DNA from: the human T2T-CHM13v2.0 reference genome, Homo sapiens
NCBI RefSeq assembly: GCF_009914755.1
Contig: NC_060930.1
Reading direction: 5' to 3' (one strand)
DNA length: 64,000 nt
Shown: positions 16,241-30,280 of the stretch, in pieces
Layout of the letters: each line of letters begins with the position of its first letter
How positions within the stretch are numbered: the first letter of the stretch is position 1
Program-made: the position numbers and the translations under genes
Notes under the pieces: generated by a model
Told to the model about the DNA's origin: nothing
The model's database searches: none
The model's input: only the letters and a program-made list of their open reading frames with translations

Positions 16241-17660
16241 CATCAATTTTACATAAGAGGCTGTGAAGAAATACCCCCAGAAAGAACCCAGCTAAGGGGA
16301 GTCATCCAAGAGAAAGCCAGAGAACTCTAAGCAGAAAAAAATAGTTTCTTTTTCCCAAAAGCAGCAAAGATTTTGTTTTTAGTATGTTATAGACCTAAAT
16401 GATCGTGGAGATTTGGAAGGATAAGAGCAATGGTTTCCTCCAAAAGTATCATCTCATGGTCCTGAGAGTTTTATATGTGGCTCTGGCCATCTTGGAGACA
16501 GAGAACTATACAACTCATGTCTCTCAAACTTTTTTTTTTCTTTTAACATTTTGGATCTAAGACAAGTGGAACTTTTAATTCAAAATAAAATACATACTGA
16601 GAGATATTTTTTCTGTATCTGGTTCTACATACAAACTTGCAATTTCTTTCTGATTTGATGTCTTAGTTGTGAACTCGCTTTTCCTCTACACAAATTTAGC
16701 ATCCAAGATAAAGACCAGGAAGAGGGAGGATTTCTGGCTGAAGTTCTGGTGTAAAGGAATAAGGATGTTGCCAAAACTGAGAGTGGTTGACCAAAACCTA
16801 ATGAGAACAGGAACTACGAAGGGAAATTTAAAAGCAAAAGTGGTCATGGTTTGAAAGGGCCTATGGGAATTTTGCTACCTGCATGAATTTTTATTAATTT
16901 ACTGACATCTTTAGGGGTGAGGAGTGCCTGTCCCAATGGTCAAATATAGGTACCACTGGGAAAATGAACAAATAGTGAGATTATTGGGGTAACATTTTAG
17001 ATATTCAGGATATTTTAAGAGTTATTTCTTGAGGGTCTTCTGTAAACCCCAGGGTTATGTAGCTTAGCTGTCTCCGTGAAAGCATCCTAGCAGTACTGTT
17101 AAATCTAAGTTCTAGGACCTTCAGCTTCCTTCATCTTGCCAATATTTTGTTAAGGGAATATTTTTTCTTCTTACCATTTGCTTTATTTCTATTTCCTATT
17201 CATAAATTTTCATTCTTCTTTTCCTGTTTATCCCCAAAGAGTGATGAACTGTAGCCAGTGCTGTTAAGGGGCATGATTTACTAAAGCTGCACAAAGTGTA
17301 GTTTTGCATAAGGAAACCCACTGCTGTAAGGAAGGTGGTTTATAGCTTCTTATAAATGATAAACTAAAACTTCCTATAAGAAATCTTCTTCCCAATTAAT
17401 TACACATTTAGGAATTCCTCAATTTTGTTTACTCTTTCCATTCTATCTAAGCTGCCCCTACCAATATGTGTAAGTACCAGAGGTTTCCTAGCTTATTGAT
17501 ACTTGATGTCTTTGATGTGCACATTCATTTCTATGAGACCCATTTGCTTTGGCCCGGTGTGGTGATTCACAAGACCAGGTCAGCTGAGGTTGAGATAGGC
17601 ACAGCCTCTTACAGACATCATTATTAATGAGCACATTATCAATCACTTAACTCCCATTCT

Positions 17661-17964
17661 GGCCAGGAACGGTGGCTCATGCCTGTAATCCCAGCACTTT
17701 TGGAGATGAAAGTGGGTGGATCACTTGAGGTCAGGAGTTTGAGACCAGCCTGGCCAATGTGGTGAAACCCCATCTCTACTAAAAATACAAAAATTAGCTA
17801 GGCATAGTAACTTACACCTGCCGTCCCAGCTACTCGGAGGCTGAGGCAGGAGAATTGCTTGAACCCAGGAGGCAGAGGTTGCAGTGAGCGGAGATTGTAC
17901 CACTGCACTCCAGCCTGGGTGACAGCGTGAGACTCCATCTCAAAAAAAAAAAAAAACAAAAAAA
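17661..17964 (+). mobile_element. AluSx/Sz-like
   Basis: Full dimer; TSD ctcccattct. Confidence 0.93.
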
Positions 17965-19574
17965 CCTCCCATTCTGAGGTTTGTCACTCTCTATCTCTCA
18001 ACTCTTCATACCTTTTTTGCTATTTTGCCTTTACTACCCATCACATCTTTTAATAGATCTATTCAAGATCCCTGTCATGCCTGGCCAACTAGTTGACATT
18101 TTTAGGTGACCTGATTCATGTATTTAGCAGGTAATGTAGCTTAGTAGATTTAGTAAACCTTTATTTCATTGCTCCTGGACGGAAAGAAAGAGGAATCTAA
18201 ACACCAAAATTTGATCTTGGTTAAAAACTTATTTAAATGAAACATTGAAATGTTGTTTGAAGTCACAGATACAATTAGAAAGGGCTTAATAACGTTTGAA
18301 TTACTTTGTTGAAAAGTACTCACCCATAAAATTTAATCCATTTATTCATCAACGAAGTAAATTCAACAGATTATAAATGGGAACATCGAAGATGTGGCTT
18401 TGAACTATTCTGAACTATTTTTAGCAGAACAGTTTAACAACAGAAGTAAGGTTGGACTAAAGACACCTTAAAAACCAAACTGCGTTTGAAAACAATAGAC
18501 AAATGTTTTCCTTCCTTACATGTCTGGCTAAAGTAAATTTTTATATGTGGAATTTATTTTAATAGCAAGAGCCACCTGTATAACTTAAGACCAGGCCATC
18601 AATTTCATTTCAGATAAGTCACTGGACAGGAACATGCAACCCTGATTAATTTAGTTTCTTTGCTCCAAGCCAAACACTTAAGAACGAAGTTGTTTAAACG
18701 AACAAATAGAATATTCCTCTGGTATTATCAGACAAGCAGGAAATTTAATAAAATAAACTCATATCCATTTTGAAGAAAAGTCAAGTAAGTGGACATTTTG
18801 CAGGTACAGGGCAGGTTTTTATGCGTGGTAACTTGAGAACATCTACTGAGAATAATCTAGTTTCCAAAATAAGTCAACCTTCATTATTTAAAGGGTATTT
18901 TTTAGAATACAGAATTCAAAAATTATCATAATAAATAATAATATTAGTAGAACTTGTTGGAAGTCACAGGATGCTGATTGCTCTGTAGGAAAGTAGCCCT
19001 ACCTTAGATGGGGTTGGAAAATTTCAGGGATACACAGCAAAAAGAATATTGTTTCTTCAAGGGGCAACCATCCTTTTCAAAACATTGAAATATTAATATA
19101 AGGTTGGGGAATTGTCATGTTATGCAGATGTGGATTTCTCAAAATAAATAAACACGCAAAAACTATAGATAGCTACATCTCAGTTCTTGCCTTTAAAAAC
19201 CATATATGACTGCAAAATAGCTCACACAAAGACTGTTTTCAACAGAAACACAAAGCTCCATCAGTTAAATTCAAGGTAGTGTGAGTAAACAGAAAAAAAT
19301 AATCTGGATCATCAAAAAACTTGTTTTTCACTGCAGTGTTCTGTCTATACTAAAGCAGAACAAAACTGCAGGAGCTCAGAGATAAGCACACCCCAGAAAT
19401 AGATTTGCTGCAAGAAAATTTTAGAAAAGGTATAAAATCTATTCTCAAAAAGATAAAATGGGACAGACTATTAAACAAGAACAGTTCAGGATAAAATAAA
19501 AACAAAATGAAATCCACAATAGACCCACTAAATTTGTTGTTGAAAGCAGCCAAGAGCTGGTTATTATGAGAAGC

Positions 19575-19735
19575 TGTTAGATGATGGTATGGAAAGAGTG
19601 TGGAAGTCGAATTCTGACATACTTGAATTAAAACTGATTTGGTTATTTATTCACTATATGATCATGAAAAAATCCATCAACCTCTAGAGTATAAATTTCT
19701 TCATATGTAAAATGAGGTTAATGGTACGTTCCAGG
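19575..19735 (+). mobile_element. MIR fragment
   Basis: ttcttcatatgtaaaatgagg core. Confidence 0.5.
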
Positions 19736-19949
19736 GTGGTCAGAAACATCTCATTGTACATCCCTGAGAAATACAAAGTAGATGGTGCCCTCGAGTTGAA
19801 TAACACAATAGGCTAAAGTCCTACCATGAAAAAAAAAATCTATTATATACCTATTCCTAGCACATAGTAGGCACTTCAAACACGTTCATTTCACTTGAAA
19901 CATAAAATGCACTTCACATATAAACATAAAATTTCACTTCACATAAAAA

Positions 19950-22900
19950 TGCAGGCTTTAAGACAAAACACTGAATCAGCAAATAGAAGACAAAAGTGAC
20001 AATCATATTCTGGTCACTGAAGGAATAAATATAAATATTAAAAATTTGCAAAAGATGTCAATCAAGGAGGGCAAATCATAGTAATCTAGCCTACAAATAA
20101 CAACATTGCAAAGAACACAGAAGGAACAGATGTTAGGATCACTGATAAAAAGGTAAAATAGAAAAAAGCTCTAAACATAAATAAAACAGCAACTAAGATT
20201 AAAAATAGGCATCACCATGTATCAGGTTTTAAAAAATAATTGGCAACAAGTAAAAATGATTTTGCAAACTTACAATCTGAAATGAGCATTATATTTAAAG
20301 GGAGAGAAAATGAACAATCAGAGACATTTTTTCTCCTCTGGATGAATCAAGGCCAGAAAGAAGGAGTTATATCTGAAGCAATCTCTCTTATAAATGGTCA
20401 AAAAGAATGATTCAAGACATTGATTATGTGGAACGTCACTTAAATGAAATTCCTAGATCTCCAAAATATCTGAAAATGTATTAACCTTCTCTGAGGAGCC
20501 AAGTGAAGATAGATCTCAGAGTAAAGATTAATTTTTGAATGAAGATGACAGCATTGAAAAATTATAATTGTGCTTATATAAATTAAACTTAATGGGAAAA
20601 AGTGGGACACATAAATTATAATTATTCAAAAGGATAAAAAAATAATACTAGACCCTGGGGTTCCAGGAAGATAGTGTAGCATTCTTCGTCTCCTGTACTA
20701 ATTCCAATCACTCTGCTCCACTTGAGTCAAATAGCTGCTGATGCCAAGAAAAAACCAAATCCAAGTGAAGCCTCGTGCTCAGTAGACATCCTAGGTGGAA
20801 GAAGTGGTATGGAGCTAACCCCTGAAGTCGGAGTTAGTTCTGGAAACCAGCATCAGCAAGCCCCAGGGAGACAATCATAACGAAAGTTGTTTCTGAATGC
20901 CTGGTGGAAAGTTTGATGCAACCCTGGATGAGCATGTGAAGAATCTCTCTGGCTCCAAAGAGACCAAGGAGGAGCTGCAATGGTGGACTGGGTCCTTTTG
21001 GCCCTGGAGCCTGGAAGAGTATAAGGAGACCAGAAAGTAGAGAGGCTTCCTCCAGGTGTCTTGGCTAGAACAACCCCTTTCCTGCTTCCAAACAGTTGGA
21101 CCAGGGAGAGAGACAGCTGTACTTCCCATACCCTGCACAATTCCCAGTGGGCTGGCAAAGAAAAATAGTACCACATCACATAGGGCCGAGCAACCAGAAA
21201 GAGGAATATTAGGCAAGACCGGATACACAGTAAAAAAGGCATACAACAACATAAATAAAACCATGAGGACACTCAGAGACTCAAGAATACATAGAAAAAA
21301 GATTATGGAGTTAAAAAAAACATCACTTTACTAGCAGACATGAAGAAGAGGCTAACATTTTTGATACTCAAATTAGAGGCATGAGTGATCAGTACATAAA
21401 AAAATTTCAAGCCACAGTTTAAAAATATAAAAAGATAGTGTATCAATTTCCTATTGCTGCTGTAACAAATTACTGCAAACATAGTGGCTTAAGGACACAC
21501 AAATGTATTTTACAGTTCTAGAAGTCAGAGGTCTAAAAGTAGTCTGCAAGACTGTGTTCCTTCTGGAGGCTCTAAGGGGGAATGTGTTTCTTGCCATTTT
21601 CATCTTCTAGAAGCCACCTACACTCCTTGGCTCATGGCCCCTTCCTACATCTTCAAAGCAGGTAGTGTAGCATCCTCCCCATCTTCCCTGATATCCTGCT
21701 TCCCTTGTAAAAGGAAACATCCCTACAAAAGAACCTTTGTTATCACCTCAACCCACCTAGGTAATACAAGATAATTCTCCCATCTCAAGATCCTTGATTT
21801 TATTACATCTGCAAGGTAGCATATTCTCAGGTTCCAGGGATTAGGACCTGGACATCTTTGAGAGGAGCAATGGGAAAGATAAGAGAGTTGGATGATAGAG
21901 TCAAGAGATATAACATGAAAGTAATAAGAGTTTCCAGTAAGAGAAAAAAGAACACATGGAGGATAAGAAATTGATTAAACATGTAGTAAGAAAATAATTA
22001 TCCAAACTGAAGAAATTTTGAATTTGCAAATTCAAGTGACTTGATGAGTTCCGGCAAGATGGTGAAAAAGACACACCTAGGCATATTTTGGTAACTTTTA
22101 AGCTATTAGGAACAATAAATAAAAACCTTTAAACACAATAGTAAGTTACTTAGAAGAGAAAAGACTCATGTTAGCATCAGATTTTCATATATAACATTGG
22201 TAGTCGGAGAAAGCAATAAAATAAATCTTGGCTCTGAGAGTCCACATCTTTCCTATCACTAGTGGCGCTTAAGAGAACTCAACAATAAAGTGAGTTTTAA
22301 ACAGACTATGGGAGACTAATGAGAGAAATGTACTGCAATCCAAAATTCTTTACCCGGCCAAAAAATTATTCACCAGAGAGCCTGAAAGATATTTTAGATA
22401 TGCAAAAATTCAAAGAACAGATCACATACCCCAACTAAAAAAAACAAACAAACAAAAAAAAAGAAAAACCTTCACTCAAACTAAAAACTGATGCAAAACA
22501 GAGACCTCAAAGTGAGCATTGATGAGAAAGAAGGAAACAGTAGAGAAGATAGGTAAGTCTGAATGGATTTGTCTCTTAGATTTTCTGAGAAAGTGTTGTT
22601 TAAATGTATGTAATGTTATTGTATATTAAATAATGACATTATTGTTAATGTTATTTAAATGTAAAACAAGCATCTAAAACAGAGAAATTTCTGATAATCT
22701 CAATGGAAATTCCAATAATGACCTACACCTAAAAAATACTAAATTAGTTTAGCAAAATCTAATAATTGATACAGCGGATATGGAAAGAGGAAGATAAAAT
22801 TTTTCCACATGTAGTTGAGAGTGAGGTAGACATCTATTTATAGAATAGGTAGACAGAAACTAAGTTTCTTAATTTAGAAATTAAGATATTCTAAAGGTCT

Positions 22901-23340
22901 CACCTAATAAGAGTGGGAGCAGGGGAAAATAGAATAACTTGGAGGGTAATAGAACACCTCAGATTAAATAACCGCTAATGTATTTTTAAATAATAGCAGA
23001 AAAATAGATGGAAGATTATAAGTATATAAAAAAGTAAGGTAATAATTAATGGAATAGAAAAGTATAGTTGTTTTTCCAAATTAGCAAACAAAAAAAAATG
23101 AATCAAACCATACATGATCCAACTACAAAAATAAAGCAAAGAAAAACTGAGGGAAAAGCAACAGAAAACAAATCATAAAACAGAACAAATCATCAAATAA
23201 CATATTTCCATTCTTAGGGAAAAAGCAAATAAAATAAATTGCCTTTAAAAATAAATGAATTGTCAGATTTATTTAAAAAAGAAACCCAGGTGAAGTATGA
23301 TTTATAAAAACCACAGTAAAAACAAAATGATAAAAGATAT
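19950..23340 (+). mobile_element. Highly decayed L1M/HAL1-like ORF1-region fragments, split by an MLT1
   Basis: Strong plus-strand A skew with ORF1-like motifs (ccaaaattctttacccggccaa, gacacacctaggcatattttgg). Confidence 0.5.
21439..21870 (-). mobile_element. MLT1 (B/C-like) LTR
   Basis: tgtatcaatttcctattgctgctgtaacaaattac...gggattaggacctggacatctttg. Confidence 0.8.
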
Positions 23341-23341
23341 A

Positions 23342-23662
23342 CAATCATATGTCACTTAATGAGAGAGATACACTCTGAGAAACATGTCATCAGGTGATTT
23401 TTGTCATTGTGTGAACATCACAGAATATACTTACACAAACCTAGATGGTATAGCGTACTACACACCTGGCTGTATAGCCTATTGTGGCTGCAAGCCTGTA
23501 CAGCATGTTATTGTACTGAATCCTGTAGGCCATTGTAACACAATGGTAAGTATTTGTGTATCTAAACTTACCTATACATAGAAAAAATATGGTAAAAATA
23601 CAGTATTATAATCTTATGGGATCATCATCATATGAGGTCTATCATTGACCAAAGTATGACTG
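23342..23662 (-). mobile_element. Tigger3a/MER7A-like TcMar transposon
   Basis: TIRs caatcat...atgactg with TA on both sides; acacaaacctagatggtatagc core. Confidence 0.85.
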
Positions 23663-24079
23663 TATTACAAATAAAGAGGTAAGTAAAGAGATCTCCATCA
23701 TATGCAACAAAAATAAAGTAGTTATTATATTAATTTCAGACTAGGTAGAACTAAAGTTTAAAGGACCAAGCAGAATCAAAGGACACTATAAAAAAGTAAA
23801 AGGCACAATTTATAAAGATGATACAATAATCACAAACTGATACATACCAATTTATATACAGTTCTAAAAATGCAAGAAGAAAGTCCTTGCATGATCGGGG
23901 CCCTGCATTCCTTTTCACCCTCATCAGAAGCCACTTCTCCACTTACTGACTGTTTGCTTAGTTATTAGAACACCCCCTCTGTTAGTCATTAGAACACATC
24001 AAGTTCCTTTCCATCCCAACCCTTTTTATTTGCTGTCTTTCATGTGCTTTCACTTACGGTTAAGGGAGGTTAAATGTCA

Positions 24080-24590
24080 TTTTTGAGGTCACTTCTGCCT
24101 CTAAGTCATACTAACAGGGACCATATTTACCCTTCTACAGAGATGACTAAAAATCAAAACAGACAAATTAACATTGGTTTTTAAGGTATTGGTTTTAGGT
24201 AATGAAAGACAGCTATCTCTGAAAACCAGAAAACGAATGGAGATAATTGAAATCGTCCCATCTCACTTCCTGGAGTTTCAAAAAACAAGGAATGAAAATT
24301 TTCTAATGAAATTCAAACTCAGTGTATAGGTCGAATAAATTACACCTGGATGAAGACAAAATTAATAAAGGTAAATAATGAATCTGGAGAAATTATCCAG
24401 AAAGAAGCTCAAACAGATGAAAAATATGAACAAAGAGATGTAAAAACATGGAAAACAGTTAGAAAGTTCTAAAATACCTTTTACTGGAGTTCCAGAAAGA
24501 AGAAATAAGGTAATGGCTGAGGATGTACCAGAATTATTTTCCAGTGTTAGTCATCTTGAAGAAGTCCATGAATTCCAAGGGAGATTGATA
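24080..24590 (+). mobile_element. Old L1M 5'/ORF1 fragment
   Basis: ggagttccagaaagaagaa, gaaattatccagaa motifs. Confidence 0.5.
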
Positions 24591-24629
24591 TACTACTCCA
24601 TCCTACTGATTGATTACTCAGATCCTCAA

Positions 24630-25706
<1,077 letters not shown>

Positions 25707-25709
25707 AAT

Positions 25710-26090
25710 CCGCATCAAGACACATCATAGTGAAACGGCCAAAGACATTGGAAGCAGCTAGAGAGAAAGGGCACTAGTAAACAGTTGAGTTCTCAACATC
25801 AACAATAGAAACCAGAAGGCAGTAGAGTAATTTTTAACTTTTAACCTAGAAATTTGTACGCAGTGAAACTACTTTCTGAGAATGATAGTAAAATCAAAAC
25901 ATTTGCAGATAAAATGGGTTTTCACCAAAAGGTATTCGGTAAAAGAAAATCAGAAGTTTGTAATTCAAGATAAAGAAAATAATCCACAAGTACGATCTGG
26001 GAAATAAATAATAGTGAGTAAAGAAAATAATAAACATGTGGATACATCTGAATGTTAATTTAAAACAACAAATAGATAAATGAAAACAAC
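25710..26090 (+). mobile_element. Old L1M ORF1 fragment
   Basis: gacacatcatagtgaaac...gcagctagagagaaagg...aacctagaaatttgtac. Confidence 0.55.
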
Positions 26091-26110
26091 AAATTAATAA
26101 TAAAATTATG

Positions 26111-26430
26111 GACTGGGTGTGGTGGCTCCCATCTGCAATCCCAGCACTTTGATAGGCTGAGGTGGGTGGATCACTTTAGGCCAGGAGTTTGAGACCAGCC
26201 TGGGCAACATGGCAAAACACTGTCTCTACAAAAAATACAAAAATTAGCTGGACATAGTGGCAAACACCTATAATCCCAGCTACTCAGGAGGCTGAGGCAG
26301 GAGAATTACTTGAACCCAGGAAGTGGAGATTGCAGTGAGTCGAGATCATGCCACTGTACTCCAGCCTGGGCAACAGAGTGAGACCCTGTCTAAAAAAAGA
26401 AAAAAAAGAAAAAAATATATATATAGAAAA
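26111..26430 (+). mobile_element. AluJ (Jb-like)
   Basis: ggccaggagtttgagaccagcctgggcaac, gagaccctgtc; perfect 20-bp TSD aaattaataataaaattatg. Confidence 0.92.
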
Positions 26431-26566
26431 AAATTAATAATAAAATTATGTCCAATTTGTAGAATTTTAAAGAATATAGCTAAGTTGCTTAGCAACATTT
26501 GAAAGTAAGTCAGAAACAGGTGGTATGACTAGAATTGAACCATTCTAAAGTCATTGATGTTTAAGA

Positions 26567-27264
26567 CAGGGATTGGCAAATGCCAGGCCTTAGGCAAAAC
26601 CTTACCCATTATCTATTTCCTTTTATTTTTCGACAACAGAAATTTATTCTTTCACAATTCTGAATAAAAAATTTTTTATTCTAGAAATAAAAAAATCAAG
26701 GCATTATCAAGGCCATGCTCCCTCTGAAGTTTCTAGGGAATAATCCCTCCTTATGTTGTCTTAGCTTCTGGTGGTTACCAGCAATTCCAGTGTTACATAG
26801 CTTATAGCTGCATCACTCCAATTTCTGCCTCAGTCTTCCCATGGCTATCTTTCCTCTGTGTGTCTGTCTGTGTGTTTACATGGCCTTTTTATAAAAAAAA
26901 AGCTAATCACTAGATTTAGGACCCAGCCTAATGCAGTGTGACCTCATCTTAAGTTGATTACATCTGCAAAGACTCTACTTCCAAATAAGGCAACATTCAC
27001 AGGTCCTGAAACTTAGGACATCAACAGATCTTTTTGTACTTGGAGAAGTCCATGGCTTCATACTCCCCCTCCTGGGCCCTCAGCAGTGGAGGACCCACCC
27101 TGAGGGCCCTCCTGGCAGCTTATCATCTATTTCTATAAATAATTATTGGAACACTGCTACATCTATTTGTTTATGTAGTGTAGTTGCAAAAAGATCCTAT
27201 AGCCTGAAAAGCCTAAAATATTTGCTATCTGGCTATTTACAGAACATTATTTTTCCAATCTCTG
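26567..27264 (+). mobile_element. MER58-like hAT element split by a 500-bp insert
   Basis: Termini cagggattgg...ccaatctctg; perfect 8-bp TSD gtttaaga at 26559-26566 and 27265-27272. Confidence 0.8.
26631..27036 (-). mobile_element. MLT1 (B/C-like) LTR lacking both termini
   Basis: acaacagaaatttattc, ggccatgctccctctgaa and gattacatctgcaaagac motifs. Confidence 0.8.
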
Positions 27265-27858
27265 GTTTAAGAGCAGCATAAATATGTTTATTATATCTAG
27301 ACTTTAAATCTTCAGAATATTAAGTAAAATAACAGGAACAGAAAATGTAACTCCCAATGAAAAATAAGGAAATAAAAGATGAAAGGATAGAGGGAGGTAA
27401 TTAGAGTCAGTAATTGCAGAAAGCAGTTTCTCTACCACTATTACCACCACTACTACTGCAACTCCATAATCAGGGCTGGAAGAACACAGAGAAGAGGTTG
27501 ATGTTATCAAAACATAGGAACTTACGAGTCTTGCAAACCCGAACCTCAAATCCAGTATGAAGTGAGTTGCAAGGAAGAAAAGTGATTTATAGAGTTTCAG
27601 CTCTAGGATTTTCAGTGGCTTCAGAACTGGAAAAAAAAAATCATTTAATAACCAGCTCAGATAGATTTAATTGGCTACATAAAGATGCTTTGTATGGCCA
27701 AAAAGAACATGCACATAGTCAATAGACAAACAACAGAACTGGAATAAGGACAAAATCATTATATTCATGGCAATCTATACAACTGGAAAAAGAAAACCCA
27801 AACCAAAACAGTATTTTTTTTAATGAGGGTATATTTACTGCTACCCTATTTGTAGTTG

Positions 27859-28366
27859 TGTAACAGTGAAAGAGCAAAAGAGCTAACATAACTAGCTCCA
27901 TATTTGTTTAAGTGGCCTTTACCCATTCCTGCACATAGGCTAGGATAATTTTAAAGCACTGAGATAAAACTCAAAAACAGCTATCATGTAGTTTTGAAAT
28001 GAACTCTGGGATTAAAGGGAAGGATATAAACAACTAACTGTGTTTTGTTAAAGATTTACAGGAGCACTGTGACCTGACCAAGGACAAAGAAGTTCCCAGT
28101 CTCCACAAACCCTCATTGGCACTCAGTTGTCTGTGGTCCTTGGTTCCTTTTCATCCCAACCCCTGAACTTAGTTTTCTCATATTTTCTCTCCCATAAAAA
28201 CCCTCCAGCCAGACTGAAAAAAATTTAAGATGGTACTTTAGAACACTATTTCACTATCTTCTCAGTTTTGCTGCCTTTCTGGATAAACCTGCTTTTCCTC
28301 CCACCAACACTCATCTCTCGTGTCTGGCTTTTGAGAGGCTATCAGCCAAACCTAGGTTTGGTTACA
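27859..28366 (+). mobile_element. ERV1-class solo LTR (MER4 group; subfamily uncertain)
   Basis: TGTAAC...GTTACA inverted termini; near-TSD gttg/gtgg; gataaa signal near the 3' end. Confidence 0.75.
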
Positions 28367-28544
28367 GTGGCAGAAGGAGAAAGACAGAAAAAAATAACCA
28401 AAAACAAATAGAATGCCCGTCAGTATGGGAATGGTTCAGTGAAATATATTTACACAACTATCACATCATGGATACCATATCCACTACATAAAAATGAAAT
28501 TGGTTTAGGTTCTGGTAATAGAGAAGTAACAGATGTAGGACTGG

Positions 28545-28710
28545 CCCTCTATCAAGGGCTGCAGAGGCACTTAGCCTTATTCTATTTGCAAGGTAACAAG
28601 TTAGCCTGCCACAGTTTCATAGATACTAGCAGAAGAAACAAGACTCTGGGAAACAAAAACAAAAACAAAAACAAAACCAACTTTCTTATTCATGGCACAA
28701 TAGGCCATTT
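28545..28710 (-). mobile_element. ERVL LTR fragment (MER74/MER54-like)
   Basis: caagttagcctgccacagtttcat...agcagaagaaacaagact motif. Confidence 0.4.
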
Positions 28711-29478
28711 TCTACTCAAACATCCTAGTAAAGACTTTCTGGGACAATAGCTATCATAAGATGTATAGGAACATCATGGAGAATTATTCTCCAACATCCT
28801 CCTGCAAAGAACAATTATAAATTCTAAACAAAATGTAAAAAATTAAACAAAATATTTGAGGGCATTGGAGAGAGATCAAAAGCAGGCAAAATTTTGAAAG
28901 AATTCAAGTTTTGAAAAAAAAGATGTGCATTGGATAAGACCCAAGTTTAGACAGACTTTCTCTGAGGGCCCTCTTCAGCCCACTTTAGCACAGCCACTGG
29001 AACTCAAGAAGAAAACATCTTGGTTTAAGTTGCCAAAGGACAGAATTGGGGGCCACCAGAATGGCTAAAAATTGAGAGGGAAAAAAATCTGAAATAAGAA
29101 AGTCATTCTTTGGAGGAAGCCCTGAAATTAGTAAGATAAAAAACAACAACAAGAACAACAAAACCTTTTTTTAAGTAATTGGCTGACCTCTGAATTTCAC
29201 TTCAAAGGGGAGATTGCAAGACAATAAAAAGAAATTAAAGGCATCCAGATTGGAAAAGGAAAAATAAAACTATCTTTGTAGATAAAATCTACAAAAAAAC
29301 TCTTGGGACAAGTAAGTGGGTTAAATAAGGTTGAACAATTCAAAGTCAACATAAACATCAATTGAATTCCCCTATAGTAGCAACAAACTATCCGAAATTT
29401 AAATAAAACCAAGTATCATTTTACAATACCATTAAAAATAGGAAATACTTAGATTCAACATTTAAAATGTCAATTGTA

Positions 29479-29799
<321 letters not shown>

Positions 29800-29919
29800 C
29801 TACAGATTCAGTGCAATCTTATCAAAATCCCAGTAGAAGTTTTTTGTAGAAATTGACAAGTTGACTCTAAAATATTTATGAAAATACAAAGAAACTAAAA
29901 CTTTAAAAAATGAGGGTAA

Positions 29920-30280
<361 letters not shown>

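Noticed and set aside
19898-19950. Short tandem duplications (also ~23958-23997, ~41383-41432, ~60633-60664)
   Set aside because: Two-copy slippage products that are common in mammalian DNA.
20853-21334. 139/129/92 aa ORFs
   Set aside because: They fall in decayed L1M/HAL1-like sequence, with no homology recognised and no exon signals.
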